Shown: positions 11,501 to 25,067 of the stretch, piece by piece
Layout of the letters: each line of letters begins with the position of its first letter
Position numbering within the stretch: the first letter of the stretch is position 1
Assembly: GCA_043228905.1 (NCBI GenBank)
Contig: JBHGNT010000018.1
Location: 16,802,001 to 16,866,000, forward strand
From: Azolla caroliniana
Lineage: Eukaryota > Plantae > Polypodiophyta
Direction: 5' to 3'
Length of the DNA stretch: 64,000 bases
Translations under genes and position numbers: made by a program
The notes under the pieces: model-generated
The model's input: only the letters and a program-made list of their open reading frames with translations
The model's database searches: none
Told to the model about the DNA's origin: nothing

Positions 11501-12182
11501 TGTGTGATTCAATAGTATCCACAAAATTCCCATACATAACCCTACCCTACCGAATAGTTAGTAAGCAAATGCCCTTGCCCTTTCAAATGCAATATTATGA
11601 ACAACATTGGGATTATGTTTGCTAGTAAACTGCCACAATTATTCCAATCAAGGTGAATAGATCGTAGAGCAGGCATAATCTAACTTAAACCTTCTGAACT
11701 ATCGGAAAACTCGTCATCACTCACAAGTGTCAAACGCGCGCTCAAGACTACATCGAACAGATAAATTCGTGATCTCTTAAATGGTTTGGTTTATGTCCGA
11801 GGGCCTCTTAAATAATCTTATTGGTTGGTATAAGTCTCAAATCCGACACCATAGAGTCGAACCGACGAGTTGTCCAGAGACAGGACACACATACATATTA
11901 CACACACATTAGTAATCATACTCAGGAATTAAAATCTATTCCTTACTATGGCTTGTTCATCATCAGAACCATATATACATAGACCACAATAATACCCAAA
12001 ATAAAAACCCTAAAACCCAGAAGGAGGAAAATGGTTAAAAAAATAGGGATCGACAAGCTAGAGAGAGGAAATAGCTTACTGTCTGGTCCTCCAAGCTCAG
12101 CCACAGCATCTTGGAAGCGCTGATGCAGCTCTGGTGTCCATCTTAGCCTCTGCTTTGATGATGATGATGTTGATGAAGCCAT
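8014..12182 (-). CDS. PHL7: MYB-CC (GARP/G2-like MYB + coiled coil) transcription factor, PHR1-like/PHL7-type; 6 exons, 921 nt, 306 aa
   Basis: Spliced product: [58 protein letters not shown] ... [35 protein letters not shown]. Exons 12182-12080, 9620-9544, 9441-9399, 9268-9202, 9102-9033, 8574-8014, all GT-AG with consistent phases. The symbol indicates clade similarity, not proven orthology. Confidence 0.92.
9033..9102 (-). CDS. MYB-CC gene exon 5 (70 nt)
   Basis: TGTAG acceptor, [29 protein letters not shown] donor. Confidence 0.92.
9202..9268 (-). CDS. MYB-CC gene exon 4 (67 nt)
   Basis: AACAG acceptor, [29 protein letters not shown] donor; phases fit the flanking exons. Confidence 0.82.
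9399..9441 (-). CDS. MYB-CC gene exon 3 (43 nt)
   Basis: GGCAG acceptor, [20 protein letters not shown] donor. Confidence 0.9.
9544..9620 (-). CDS. MYB-CC gene exon 2 (77 nt)
   Basis: TATAG acceptor, [31 protein letters not shown] donor. Confidence 0.93.
10050..11650 (+). mobile_element. Degenerate LINE reverse-transcriptase remnant inside intron 1, antisense to the gene
   Basis: Decayed traces in RT motif order: QxGF (~10704), KLxxxxKxxR (~10788), a GCPLxPY-like segment (~11050), WDYVC (~11609). Many stops and frameshifts; boundaries approximate. Confidence 0.45.
12080..12182 (-). CDS. MYB-CC gene exon 1 (103 nt)
   Basis: [37 protein letters not shown], then GTAAG donor. Confidence 0.9.
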
Positions 12183-14899
12183 ATTCAGACTATACTATAA
12201 ATCCTATAAACAGTATATTATCTTCTCAATTCCAATCCAATTCATTCTTTCCCTTGTCTCTATCTCTCTCTCTAAATTATGCATAAAACAATTCATAGAA
12301 TTATTGCTTATGATTTCATTTTCATACAAAAACACACACAATTCATAGACTTTTTGCCCCCCTCCTCCCCATTTTAATTATTGGGTGTTCTAGTAAAAAT
12401 CTAAACAATGTTTGGGTTTTTTGGTAAAAACCGCTGAACAATTAGATGATTGTAACTATTGGGTTTTTTCTGTACAATAATGTAAATGTTTTCAGTACTA
12501 TTTAAGAAAGAAATCTGAACATATGTATAGTTTTAATTGTTGGGTTTTCTGTACAATAATCTAAAAAACCATTTGGAAATATCTAAAACACAAAATCAGA
12601 ACAATTGTGGCGATTTAAATGATTGGATTTTATGTGGATTAATCTATAAAATAATTAAATTGATAGTATTAAAACCAAAATCAGAACGATTGTGGGTGAT
12701 TTTGATCCTTGGGTTTATGTTATTGTACAATAATCAGAGTGAGGATGCTAAATTTTAGGTCTCTTTAAATCTTGATACATAAGTGACTAGAGAGAATTAT
12801 TAATCCATGATTAAAAGGAACAAAACCACCAACCCAAGAATTAAGTAGAGATGTTGTTGAATAACATGATAGCTGTAGTAGGATGGTTAGCAAAATGTCA
12901 AAGAAGTTCAGGGACTCTTTTTGGGCTAAAATATGTAATTAATTGGCTTAAGTATGTAATTAATTGGCTTAAAAGTAAGCAGATTATCGGCTTGAGTAGA
13001 AGGCTTTTGATTGATTATTAGATGCCCAAAAACATTCATCCTTGCTGAGGAAGCAAAAGTTCCCTCTCAATCCCAACAAAAAATTTATCTCTTCCTTTGG
13101 AAATACTCTACCAAAACCAAAAAAGGCTACAACCAGACAGAAAGAAATTTACATATATTATATTTTAGATTACGGTCATATTATAGATATCTCATAGATA
13201 TAGATCTAAAGGCACAAACCTCTAATTTGTTTGTTTTATTGTTTTGAGCCAAAAATAGAATGATTCCCCAAATTTGGGTGATCAAGCTGGCTTATTTGAT
13301 GAAGAGCTCCGCCATAGGAAGATCATTTGAAGAGCTCCATGTAGAAGTCATTTTTTTGAAGACTAATCTCCTAAACTCTTATGACACAATCTTGCAATTG
13401 TTGGATGTGCTAATTATTGCTTAATTAAAAATATGGTAACATAGAGGAATGTTTCCAAATGAGACAATGATTAGAGAGAAGGTGGATTGATGTGATTTGA
13501 GAAAACTAATAATGCAAATACCAAGCGGAGCGAAGGAGGTATATTGCAATGAATGGGGGTCGGATCGCTTAACGACAAAGGGAAAACCTTTCGAAGCAAG
13601 GGAGCAAATGTATTTCTCATTACACACATAAACATGTAATGACAACAAGGGGAACCGGTGAGGTGCAATGGATGTCAATAGAGATTGATTTAAAAAAGTC
13701 AACCTTGTGAGTACACAAATGTATATGTATGTATGCATCATGTATGTCCATATAGGGAAGGGGACAAAAAAGGGCTTGTGGAAACCCTCAGACACATAGT
13801 GGATTGTGGGGGCCATGTATTCTGACTTCTTTGTCCTATCTGCCTCGAGGAATCTCTAACACCTTGGATTATGTAAGCCATTTCTCGGACTCCCACTCCT
13901 TCATACATTATTGAAAACACACCTACCTTTGTTTTTGACGATTTACTCCCGAGCACTTGCACGAATGCTTGTGTACATGTGTCATTGATCCAACCATTTA
14001 TTTTGTATCACTTGACATTGAAATCCTCCCCACTCCACATTCCTCATTTTGATAAATTCAGTGACTTTGTCCATTAGATCAGACATTTGCATGAAACCTC
14101 AAAAGTTGTCCATATGAATTATGAGCTTTAATAGGAAAAAAATAAAGAAGAGACAAACATTGTTTTACCCATTGATTACATATAGCATTTCTCAACATAT
14201 TTAGGATAGAATTGAGCAAGTTGCAAGTAATGGCCTATGTAGGAATGTCATATCAGACACTATATTGCGGGAATTTTATGTCATTTTCAAGTCTTTATAT
14301 ATCTTCGCCTCCCTCGTGCACATGAATACAATTTTGATTTAAAGTTTCTATCTATCTTTCTCTCTTTATGAGTATGAATAACCATTTCCACCTATGCATA
14401 ATGTTTTTTGAATGACGCAAAAACATCATGTGCAATAGAGAGAGAGAGAAGATTAAGAAAAGAAAGAGAAGATTAAGAAAAGCAGAGAGAGAGAGAGAAG
14501 ATATATTATTAAAATCCACAACAGATGGATACGAACTACTATGCAAAAACGTCATGTGCAATAAAGAGAGAGAAGATAGATAAATTAGTAAGCTCTCTAC
14601 AAGAAGAACGAAAGGATTAGGCTAAGCTTATGGTGAGGATAGAACTTCAATTCTCTCAAAATTGTGACTTTGATCCTACAATGAAAACTACCAACAAATA
14701 AAGAGAGAGATTTAGGGATTATGCCAAATGCTCTACCACCACATAGTATGTAAACCAACTCTTTTATTTTATTTTTTGTTGATTGAACATTGTATGATAA
14801 TCCCTTAGAGTTTGCTTAATATAATTGTCTTTGGCAACATTGTGTATTCTCCCTCTCTTGGTAAACCACACAATTATATTAATTGTATGTAAAAACCCA

Positions 14900-16380
14900 C
14901 CATTACAATATGTTGCCCTCCCTACATAGGTAGAGGGACATTCCTCGATGCCATAAAAAAAGTTGAATACCTACATGATGAAACAATCTGCATGTGCTCT
15001 ACCATCCATTGTTGGCATATAAGTATTCCTTTTAACTTTCTAATATATAGATTTACCCCATGTCCACCATCAAACACGAAAGCATTGCACATATTCCAAT
15101 CATGCTGCCAACTCCAATATGTTAAACATTTGAACATGATTTCCATCTCATCCTTTGGTGCATTTTGCACATAATGGCTAAAGATTCGTTGTCTAGCCAT
15201 AGGATAACAAGAAGACAAAACTTTCCATATTCTCCATAAATATTTCCAAATAGCATGTAAGTATATTGTCTTCCAATCGAACAAGACCAAAGAAACGTTG
15301 CTTTTGATGTCACATCTCTCCTCTTGAGGATAGAGAGCCTAAATAAAGGCCCCAAGTTATCTTAGCTTGGATCAAAATGTCCATTACAAATACCAACTAT
15401 GCCACAATAGTTTCAACCACACTACATCAAACTTGCGTATATTGGACACTCTTTTTGTGCTTTAGAAGAGAGCCATGAAAGTGATTTATATTGAATGATG
15501 ATACAAAATATTAGTACTTATTATTGACAGTCTTGTACCAACCTTCAAACACCCATTCACCCAATTTTGATGCTTTGTCTACATAGACAAACATTCTTGT
15601 AACAATGCATACTTCGCTAGTTTTGACAAGTAAAACCAAATTCTCGTATCGGAATACGTAACCATCTTTTAGCATTATCAAACTCTAACAGGCTTTGATA
15701 TTCCGTTACCAACCACAACCCAAGAACCCTAAACCAAAAGAAATGATTGAAGTGTCTTTCCTTGCTTATAAGGTCTTACCAACTGGTTGATGCATATAAC
15801 ATGTCAAAGTTTAAGAGGAATGTGTGCATTGAGCAACTGCCAACATGAAGCCTTGTTTCTCGTTTTTCTTTATGCCAATCCTTTTTTTGCAATAAAATGT
15901 TGCATCTTGCTCTTGGTAACAAATATCTCATAGTAATTGAAAACAATGAAGTACCTTGTCGCTTGGGAGTAGCCAAATGCATATCCAAGTTCATTATCAT
16001 TGAAGTACCTTGTCGCTTGGGAGTAGCCAAATGATTCCATGAAATCCATGTAATTCCCATATTCTCCGTTTATTGTCACAACATTAACTAAAAAGGTTGC
16101 AACATCTCTTAAACCTCTTTCTTAGTCCAACAAAATGATCATGATAAACAAATTTATAGAACCGTATGTTCCAAAATACATTGCACCACTTTAAGTTGCA
16201 CATGAAACAAGCATGATTAAGATTTCCTATAGATAAACTTGTCCTTCAACTTACTGCCAATTCATTCAATTAATTGAGAGTTTTCCATGTGAATTCCCAA
16301 TGGATACCCTCATGTTGAAAACTTGCACCCCTATTAAATACTCATTCCTACCATCCCAATTATTTGAGGGCCAACTAAAT
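14900..16380 (-). mobile_element. L1-type LINE ORF2 C-terminal remnant
   Basis: GYPLG (~16305), ITWISWNHLATPKRQG (resembling the W..VC.PK..GGLG motif), HDWNMCNAFVF (resembling W..RN..VF). Local duplication at 15947-16033. Confidence 0.55.
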
Positions 16381-16390
16381 GTCTATAGCT

Positions 16391-17500
16391 AATTGGGAGC
16401 CGACTGAGTGTCGAATTGGCTAGATTTCGATTTGGATTGAGCGCCAGATTGGTTGAGTGCCAATCCGGTTGGGTGCCGATTTGGCATTCAGGTAATAGTT
16501 ATATTTATTCATAACTATATACATATGCATATGGATGTTTTTTTTATGTGTGCGTGTGTGTGAATGCAGATACAAATATAGCGTTGCACAATAAGGCTTA
16601 TATAAGTGTGGAGACACATACAGAATGGTGAGATACAACAGTGAGAACAGAGATAACTCTGAATACAGAATACACAGAGAGAAAAACAGATTTGAGAAGA
16701 AGAGGTGTGCAAGAGAGTGTTGCGAAGCTTCTATGAAGACGAAGGGACAATGTGAGAGACAAAGAAGAAGTGGCGATCAAGAGCAAGAGCATGCTGCAGA
16801 TGTGAAGATGAAGATCGTGTGAGGTGTTACTCGTACTGCCAAAGAGTCATCAACAACTCTTTTGTCAGTTTGTACTAGGTTTACTCGTTCTCTATTTTCA
16901 TCATGTTTCTTTGTTGTACATTGCACCCAGTAGGGTGAGGATTGTAACCAAGGTTGTAGATTTGAGATATATGTATATTCCTCTAGTGTAATCTCTAGAG
17001 GTTGTCAACACCTGTACTCAGAAAATAGTGAATTTGTTTCGGAACCTAAGGTTCCCAAGGTTTTTCCCGTTTTGGGTTTTCCACGTTACTATCTGGTGTA
17101 CTCTATTTTTGTTGTTTCCGTTGCGTCTAATCTATATACTGTGCTGGAAATTGAAGCTAATCTCGATTCAGCCTATTATTCCTAACAAGTGGTATTAGAG
17201 CCGAGGTTCATATTAGGTGGGATGATTAAGTTGACTGGATCCAACTACTCCCTATGGAAGTCCCAAATGAGGGACATGTTGTTATGCAAGGACTTGTGGG
17301 TGCATGTACAACTTGGTCCGGACAAACCAGAGAGAATAGATGTATCGACTTGGGAAGTCATGCATTTAAAAACCATTGCATACATACGAGGCTTCATAGA
17401 CATGAGTCTATATAACAACTTTGGTGATGAAACCAAAGCTGCAGATGAATTGCGGATGAAAATAGGGAGTATGTTTGAAACCAAGAACGTCTTGAATTCA
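16391..17500 (+). mobile_element. Truncated Ty1/copia (family A-related): 5' LTR ~16391-17187, iMet PBS 17190-17201, gag N-terminus
   Basis: LTR ends CCTAACA, then TGGTATTAGAGC. gag MIKLTGSNYSLWKSQMRDMLLCKDLW..HLKTIAYIRGFIDMSLY. LTR start approximate. Confidence 0.8.
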
Positions 17501-17887
17501 CAACTCAAGAAATGTAGACAATATTAATAAACCGTTTTGATAAATTCACAACTCCAAAAATGTAGGCAATATTCCTAAACTATCAAAACTATCAAACTTA
17601 GACGTGAACATTAATATATCAATTTGAACATATCACATAGTTATCAGGGTATCCACACTGCTCTCCTCTTCTTCCTTTTGAGAACTCCCCTACAACATTT
17701 GTGCAGTAGTATCTACTCCACATAGGATAGCAATGATAGGGTCCTCAAATAGCTCGTCGACAAAATCAATAAGCTCCCTAGGTTCACCAGCTAATGGAGG
17801 AATAAGTTCATGGGATGCAGATGGAAAATGTTAAGGCTTTAATCCTCATATAATTTAATGACACTCGCTCATCATCGTTTTTAAGTG

Positions 17888-18489
17888 TGTGAACGTTAAT
17901 AGGCGGAAGCTTTGACAAAACCGGTTACACCGGATAGCAACAGAAATTAAACACAAGTTTAATGGAAGCTTAGAATACAGAGTTCTAGGGAGAGATAGAG
18001 AGAGTAGAATAGCATAAACGCAATTATCCGACCTTCTTCCTCAATGAAGCACCTAAGGTGCGTAAACCGCACCTGCATCCCTTGGTCAACGAGTTGTCCG
18101 ACCGACACCAGACTCTTTGTGATTGTCGGGGCGTGCAACACGTTCATAAGCATCCCCTTTTGTTCGACATGACTCAAGGGAACTTCTCTGACATGCATGA
18201 TCGGGTGAGGAGTGTTGTCTCCGGTCTTGAAAACTCTCGGTTGCTCTAGCTTCTCTAGAAACGAGAACCGCTCTTCATGACTAGTCACGTAGTTAGACAA
18301 TCCGGAGTCAACGTACCAAACTTCCTCAGATCTGGAAGTGGTCTCCTTCATCGAGTTCGCCTTGTGTTTCATCACAAAGGTTGGCCCTTTTTTGGTCTTA
18401 GCGGTTCCGCATACTTTTGATCCCTCAGCGTAGTGTGAGCTTTCCCGGTTCCTTTGTCCGGCCTTGCCGTATCTGGATTTATCCGAATC
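17888..18489 (-). mobile_element. Ty1/copia family B fragment: protease region fused directly to the 3' half of an LTR (internal deletion)
   Basis: WYVDSGLSNYVT..NVLHAPTITKSLVSVGQ matches the element at 19369. 17888-18018 matches the R/U5 part of the LTR at 28270-28403. Confidence 0.8.
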
Positions 18490-19368
18490 ATGGTTGTTTA
18501 CGTACCCGTATTTAACGTTTAAATACGTATAGTACCTCATAATTTGTATAGTACGTACTATACCTCAATGTTGTTCTATCAAATATCATGTACATTTGTC
18601 CAATACGGTATTTAACGTACATTTGAAAAAGCAGGTATAATACGTATTTATAAAAAAACTATAAGTAAAACCCCAACAAAAAGCAAAAGAAAAAAAAGAT
18701 TTTAGTGAAAAAGAAGCAAAAAGAAGGAAGAATAGTACAGATGACGATGACGACGAAGAAGAAGAAGAAGAAGAGGGAAAAGAAGACAGAAACCTATCCT
18801 GACTTTGACTACCATATGAAGATAGAAGAAGAAGATGAAGATGAGAGAAAAGAAAAGAGAAACCTATCCTGAATGTGATAATCGTAGACGATTACTCAAT
18901 CTATGAATCCATAATCGTAAATAATTACAATTTGAAATAGAACATCATGATACACACTTACATTAATTTATAGAATAAGTGAATGTCGACATCCATATTA
19001 TAAGTATTTTAGGATGTGAAATGTTCAAATGTCTTATATGCATTTTAGGATGTAGAACTATAATGAATATTGCTTTAGCTAAACATAAACTATAATGATT
19101 TCTGAAGGCATAGCAAACAAAGTTATAATAATTTACTTGAGCTGGAGAACAAATTTAGTATCCAATCTCCTTCATTGCAGAAAATTTTAAATGACAAATA
19201 TCAATATTAAGTAGAATGTATTGATGGGAAAATCAAAACTCTCCACGTAAGATAAATATTTCTTGCTAAGGAAGGTTTTCTATCCCATGGCAATGAGATC
19301 TCAAGGCCTGTGCTATAGAGTATCCTTGATCCATGCTATGGAATACGACAATTCTCTATAAGGATATT

Positions 19369-22300
19369 TGATGAGAGACAAGCTCAACATTTGTGCGTAA
19401 TACGATGCGTAACCAGTGCGTAGACTGGGTGCATAAAACCGGTACGCAGACCAGTGCGTAGAAAGGCCGTATCGGTGCGTAGACCGAAAGGCCGTTAGAA
19501 AGATATTCCTCGTAAGGAATAGTTTTGGGAGTAAGTGTCGAGGCTCAGTTATGAGTAGTCAAGTACTGTCAGTACTTGTGTCAGCCCACTGTCAGGGCTT
19601 GTATAAAAGTGCTCACTGAGCACATCCTATGTACAGATTGAGTATTATTTTCAAATTTAAGTTCTTGTGTTACTGTCTCTCTGTCTCTCCTGTGCGTACT
19701 GTGAAAACCTAAGCTTTCCATTAAACCTGCGTTTTTTGTTGTTCGGTTTTCCTATATTGCTTCCGCATGCCATTCTTTTCATGGTATCAGAGCGCGAGGG
19801 TTGAGAACCTCTGCAGCTGACTTTGCTTGAAGGAAAAACCAACGAAGAAGAACAAGAAAACCGATGGACAGAGGAATGGCTAGCTCGCTTTCAACGGAGA
19901 AGCTCGACAGAACCAACTACGCATCTTGGTCCTACAAGATGCACCAGTACCTGCTCGGACACGGTTACTGGAGCTATGTCGATGGAGGAAATGACACAAC
20001 ACCCGATTCGACACACAAAGACTTCCCGGCGTGGGAACAATCGGCGAGCAGAGTGCTATACTGCTTTGCGTCTTGTGTGGGTGAACAACTGCTAAGCAAC
20101 GTTCAGGATGTAAAAACGCCGAAGGGTGCATGGGAAAATCTAAAGAAGATTTTCGCCGCGAGCACTACAGCTAGGAAGCTTCAGCTTCGACAGGAGTTGA
20201 GCAACCTACGACCACGCGATTTGTCGGTGGCTAACTATAGCTTGAGGATTAAGGACATATGCGACTCCCTAGCTTCCATCGATGTGAACATCGAGGAAAG
20301 CGAGATGGTCCAGGTTTGTCTCGGAGGTTTGGCGTCGAAGTTCGGGGCGTTCCGAACTGCAGTGTGTACCCGGGAGAATACACCGTCCTTTTTCAACTTA
20401 CAGTCGATGCTCCTGGTAGAGGAGAACCACGCGGGTGCGTCGACGAGCACGCACACCGAAATCAAGATGTTGTACACGGAGGGAGAAAGGTCCCGTGGTC
20501 GTGGCGGACGAGGCGAGTCGGTACGCAATGGAAGTGGCCGACAGGATCAAGGAAGAACGCATTGAAGTGATGCCGACAGCAATTCCGAACCCTTCGAAAA
20601 CAGGGGGAGTCGAGGCGACGAGAACCAGAAAGGGAAATCCGCCGCGGAATGCTGGTACTGTGGGAAGAAAGGCCACAGGGAGAGCGAGTGCTGGAAGAAG
20701 CGCGCCGAGTCGGAGAGGTCTGGTTCTGATCTGGTTCCGGACATACCGACAAAGGAAATCGGCAGCGATCGCACTACACCGAAGGATCCGGAAAAGCCGG
20801 AAAAGGGTCAGTCTTCGTGACGAGACATGAAGCAAACTCAATGAAATAGTCCGCCCCGAAATCAAAGGAGGTGTGGTATGTCGACTCCGGGGCGTCAAAC
20901 CACATGACGTGCCACAAGGAGTGGTTCTCATACCTTGAGAAACCGACATAACCAGGAGTAGTCGCAGCTGGAGACGACACGCCGCATCCGATCGCGAATG
21001 TCGGTGAAGTTCCCTTGAGCCATGTAGGGCAGAAAGGGAAACTTATGAACGTGTTACATGTCCCGACCATCACGAAGAATCTGGCGTCGGTCGGGCAGAT
21101 CGTAGACCAGGGGATGCAGGTTCAATTTACGCATCTTGGGTGCTTCATTGAGGAAGAAGGCCATATTATTGCGCAAGGGCGCAGAGATGGGAGGATGTTT
21201 ATCCTCGACTCTACTAACGGTGGCACCGCAATGTTTACGAAGGGACAAAAAGTCGAGTCGGACATTGACTTATGGCACAAACGGATAGGCCACGTCAACT
21301 ATGAGCGGCTTCAAGACCTGCAATCGAAACAAGTGGTGTTTGGATTGCCGAAATTTAGTGGCCGGAAGGCACAAATTTGTGAAGCCTGCCAGCTTGGGAA
21401 GCAACACCGACTTCCTTTCCCAAACGAGCGTAATCGGAGCCGGAAAAAGCTAGACTTGATACACTCTGATGTGTGGGGGCCGGCACAAAACGTTAGTCTT
21501 GGCGGGAGCCGATATTTCGTCTCCTTCATCGACGACTACACGCGGCACACGTGGATCTACCTCATTGAGAGGAAAAGCGAAGTCTTCGACTGTTTCCGGG
21601 ACCTCAAAGGGTTCGTGGAAACGGAAACAAGAAGAAAGATCAAGTGCCTAAAGTCAGATGGCGGAAAAGAATACTTTTCCGGTCAATTCAACGGTTATCT
21701 ACAACAGATGGGAATTCGGCGCGAATTCAGTTGTAGATACACGCTGGAGCAAAACGGCGTGGCCGAGAGGAAAAATTGGTCGGTTGTGGAAGCTGCACGT
21801 GCAATGCTGGAGGAGAAGAGCTTGCCTAAGTTCTATTGGGCCGAGGCGATAAGAACCGCGGTATACATCCAGAACCGGATCGGAGAAAAAGTGTCGGCGC
21901 ACGAGCTATACTTTGGAACAAAGCCGAACTTGCGACACTTACGAGTTTTCGGTAGCATTGCGTATGTACATGTGCCGAAGGAGAAAAGGAGGAAGTTGGA
22001 CGCAAAAACCGAGAAGTGTATCTTGGTCGGCTATTCGGACGAGCAGAAGGGCTATAAGTGCTATAACCCGCGTACCAAACAACCGCGCGTGAGCCGCGAC
22101 GTTGTGTTTGATGAGTCCGCGCCTTGATACTTGCTTCCGACTTCGGATCTCACCTCCAATACGAGTTCTGACGATCAGGACAATGAGGCCGAGGTGCCTC
22201 AGGCTGAGCCTGAAATCGGGACCCCCGAAGAGAGTCTGATTTCATTTTGGTTAAGTGGACTGAATGGACGACTGAGTCGGTACGACCAGTCCGATGAAGA

Positions 22301-25067
22301 GCTGGCGAGTAGTGGAGACTTGGCCGTGCATTCCCCACGTAGGAAGCCGAGGAGAAGGCTTATGCGCGAAGAGAAAGGGAAGAAGAAGGTGTCGGATTCC
22401 GACACGGATAGGAATGAGTCAGACCGACGCGAGTCCGACTCCGAGGGAAGCGGCGATGGGCCTTCAGGAACGAAGTCTGCGTCGGCCGAGAAGACCTCGA
22501 CATCGGCTAATGACCGATTACGCCGATCTACCCGCCAAAAGAACCCAGTTGTGCGGTTCGGATACAACGAGTACATGGCGCATCACTATGCGTACATAAC
22601 TCGTGTAGCGGAAGTGCGTGAGCCGGAGAGCTACGCAGAAGCGGCGAAGGATGCAAATTGGCGCGCCGCGATGGAGGAAGAGATGCACACATTGGCGAAA
22701 AACAAGACTTGGGACCTGGTTGACGCACTGAAGGGTGTGAAGCCAATCGGATGTAGGTGGGTGTACAAGTCAAGTACAACACCGACGGTTCGGTCAACCG
22801 ATACAAGGCCCGATTAGTGGCAAAAGGCTACGTGCAGAAACACGGCATCAACTATGATCAGACGTTCGCGCCGGTCGCAAAGATGACGACCGTTCGTGTT
22901 TCGCTCACGGTAGCCACGGCCAAGGGGTGGCACCTACATCAGATGGATGTAAAGAATGCATTCCTGCAAGGTGATCTTGAGAACCAAGTGTACATGGTAC
23001 AGCCCCCGGATTTCACTCCGGAACGAACATGTTGGCAATATGCTGATTGAAGAAGTCCCTTTACGGATTGAAGCAAGCCCCGCGTGCCTGGAATGCGAAA
23101 ATCACGCATTGGCTGCATCGGATGGGCTTTGTGACGTCCAAATCGGACTCCTTGTTGTTCATTCGGAAAGGTCAACTCGGGCTGGTCAGTATTTTACTCT
23201 ATGTTGATGACTTGGTCATCACCGACGCCGACCTAGGTGAAATCAACCGCGTGAAGCTCCAGCTTGCGGCATCATTCGACATGAAGGATCTTGGGGACCT
23301 TCATTACTTCCTCGGGATCGAAGTGATCCGCAACCCCGAAGGCATACTAATAAGCCAACGTCATTATGCGCTGAATATGCTCTTCAAATTAGGGATGACA
23401 GATTGTAAGTCCGTCTCGACTCCTCTGGATAGAATTGTCAAGCTTCGCCCCAATTCCGGCAAGGTTTGTGATCTGACAAGGTTCCGACAAGTTGTCGGAA
23501 GCCTTATCTCCTTGACAATCACCCGACCCGATCTCAGTTATCCAGTCGGGGTGATTAGTCAGTTCATGGCGCGACCTATCGAGGAGCACCTTTAGTGTGT
23601 GCAACGCGTACTATGGTACGTAAGTGGCACTAAGGACTGCGGACTGCTATATCGGACCGATACAGCCCCACAGTTGGTCGGCTACACCGATGCCGACTGG
23701 GTTGGCAATGTCGCCGATCGCCGATCCACGTCCGGATATGCGTTCTCTCTTGGGAGTGCCGCGATAGCGTGGAGTAGCAAGAAGCAGCCGACAGTTGCAC
23801 TGTTGAGCACCGAAGTCGAGTATAGAGGAGCGGCTGTTGCAACATGCGAAGCCATATGGTTGAAGCGGCTACTTAAGGATCTGCAGGTGGAGGTGTCCGA
23901 TCCAACGACGATCTACTGCGACAACCTCAGCAGCATCCAACTCACGAAGAACCCCGTCTTCCACACACGGACCAAGCACATTGAGGTGCACTACCATTTT
24001 GTCCGTGATCGTGTCCTTTCTAGTGAAGTCGAACTTCAATATGTTCCGACAAATCGGCAGACCGCCGACATCTTCACCAAGTCTATTGGTTTGGACAAGT
24101 TGTGGCAATTTTCGGGTGTGCTTGGGTTGCGTCACCTCGACGTGCCGAACTTGAAGGGGAGAAACGTCCCAGATAACCATGAAAGGGAGTAGGAAAGGAG
24201 CGGAAAAGACCTCAGATCGGCTGAAGAAGCCGAGAGCGGATCTGCGGAAGAGTCCGAAAGCGGACACAAGGGGAGCAGCCGAAAGAAAGAGCCAAAGCCA
24301 ACCAGGCATGGGGGAGATGACGCTGTCAAGGGCGAGAAGACCGGAGACGAGTTGGAGACAGCCAACTCGGACGAGAGCGAAAACCAATCAGAGGTAGCCG
24401 AGTCGGTTCGGATGTTTGATTCAAATACATTGAATCAATTGAGGGCCAAGCGGAAAAGAAGGCAGCAGGAAAAGCGCCAACACCGCGACAACATGGGACC
24501 TGCGAAGGGCCGTGGGAGCAGACAAGCCGGCCAGAAGGGTCGAAGCGCGCGGAGTGGAACATGCCGAGGAGCGCGAGTGAGGCGTGGAGCTAGGAGAAGT
24601 CGGAGCGTAGGTCCTGCAGAGCAGGCGGAACCTCAAGTTGAGCTTGAGGGGGAGTGTTGAGAGACAAGCTCAACATTTGTGCGTAATACGATGCGTAACC
24701 AGTGCGTAGACTGGGTGCATAAAACCGGTACGCAGACCGGTGCGTAGAAAGGCCGTATCGGAGCGTAGACCGAAAGGCCGTTAGAAAGATATTCCTCGTA
24801 AGGAATAGTTTTGGGAGTAAGTGTCGAGGTTCATTTATGAGCAATCAAGTACTGTCAGTACTTGTGTCAGCCCACTGTCAGGGCTTGTATAAAAGTGCTC
24901 ACTGAGCACATCCTATGTACAGATTGAGTATTATTTTCAAATTTAAGTTCTTGTGTTACTGTCTCTCTGTCTCTCCTGTGCGTACTGTGAAAACCTAAGC
25001 TTTCCATTAAACCTGCGTTTTTTTTTGTTCGGTTTTCCTATATTGCTTCAGCACGCCATTCTTTTCA
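19369..25067 (+). mobile_element. Full-length Ty1/copia LTR retrotransposon (family B): LTRs 19369-19781 and 24655-25067 (413 bp), PBS 19782-19793, PPT ~24641-24654, TSD ATATT
   Basis: TG..CA LTR pair with ~10 differences by eye. PBS TGGTATCAGAGC, PPT GAGGGGGAG. Domain order gag-PR-INT-RT-RH. Confidence 0.97.
19864..24192 (+). pseudogene. gag-pol polyprotein of the family B copia, disrupted by several stops and frameshifts
   Basis: gag 19864-20565, CCHC knuckle CWYCGKKGHRESEC, PR VDSGASNHM, INT 21015-22127, RT ([14 protein letters not shown]), RH (YTDADW, RTKHI). Confidence 0.9.

Noticed and set aside
12537-14561. Short ORFs upstream of the MYB-CC gene
   Set aside because: AT-rich and low-complexity, without domain similarity or splice structure; treated as promoter or intergenic DNA.
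18489-18950. Possible hAT/MITE with a CATGGTTGTT end and TACG subterminal repeats
   Set aside because: No convincing matching TIR or TSD found.
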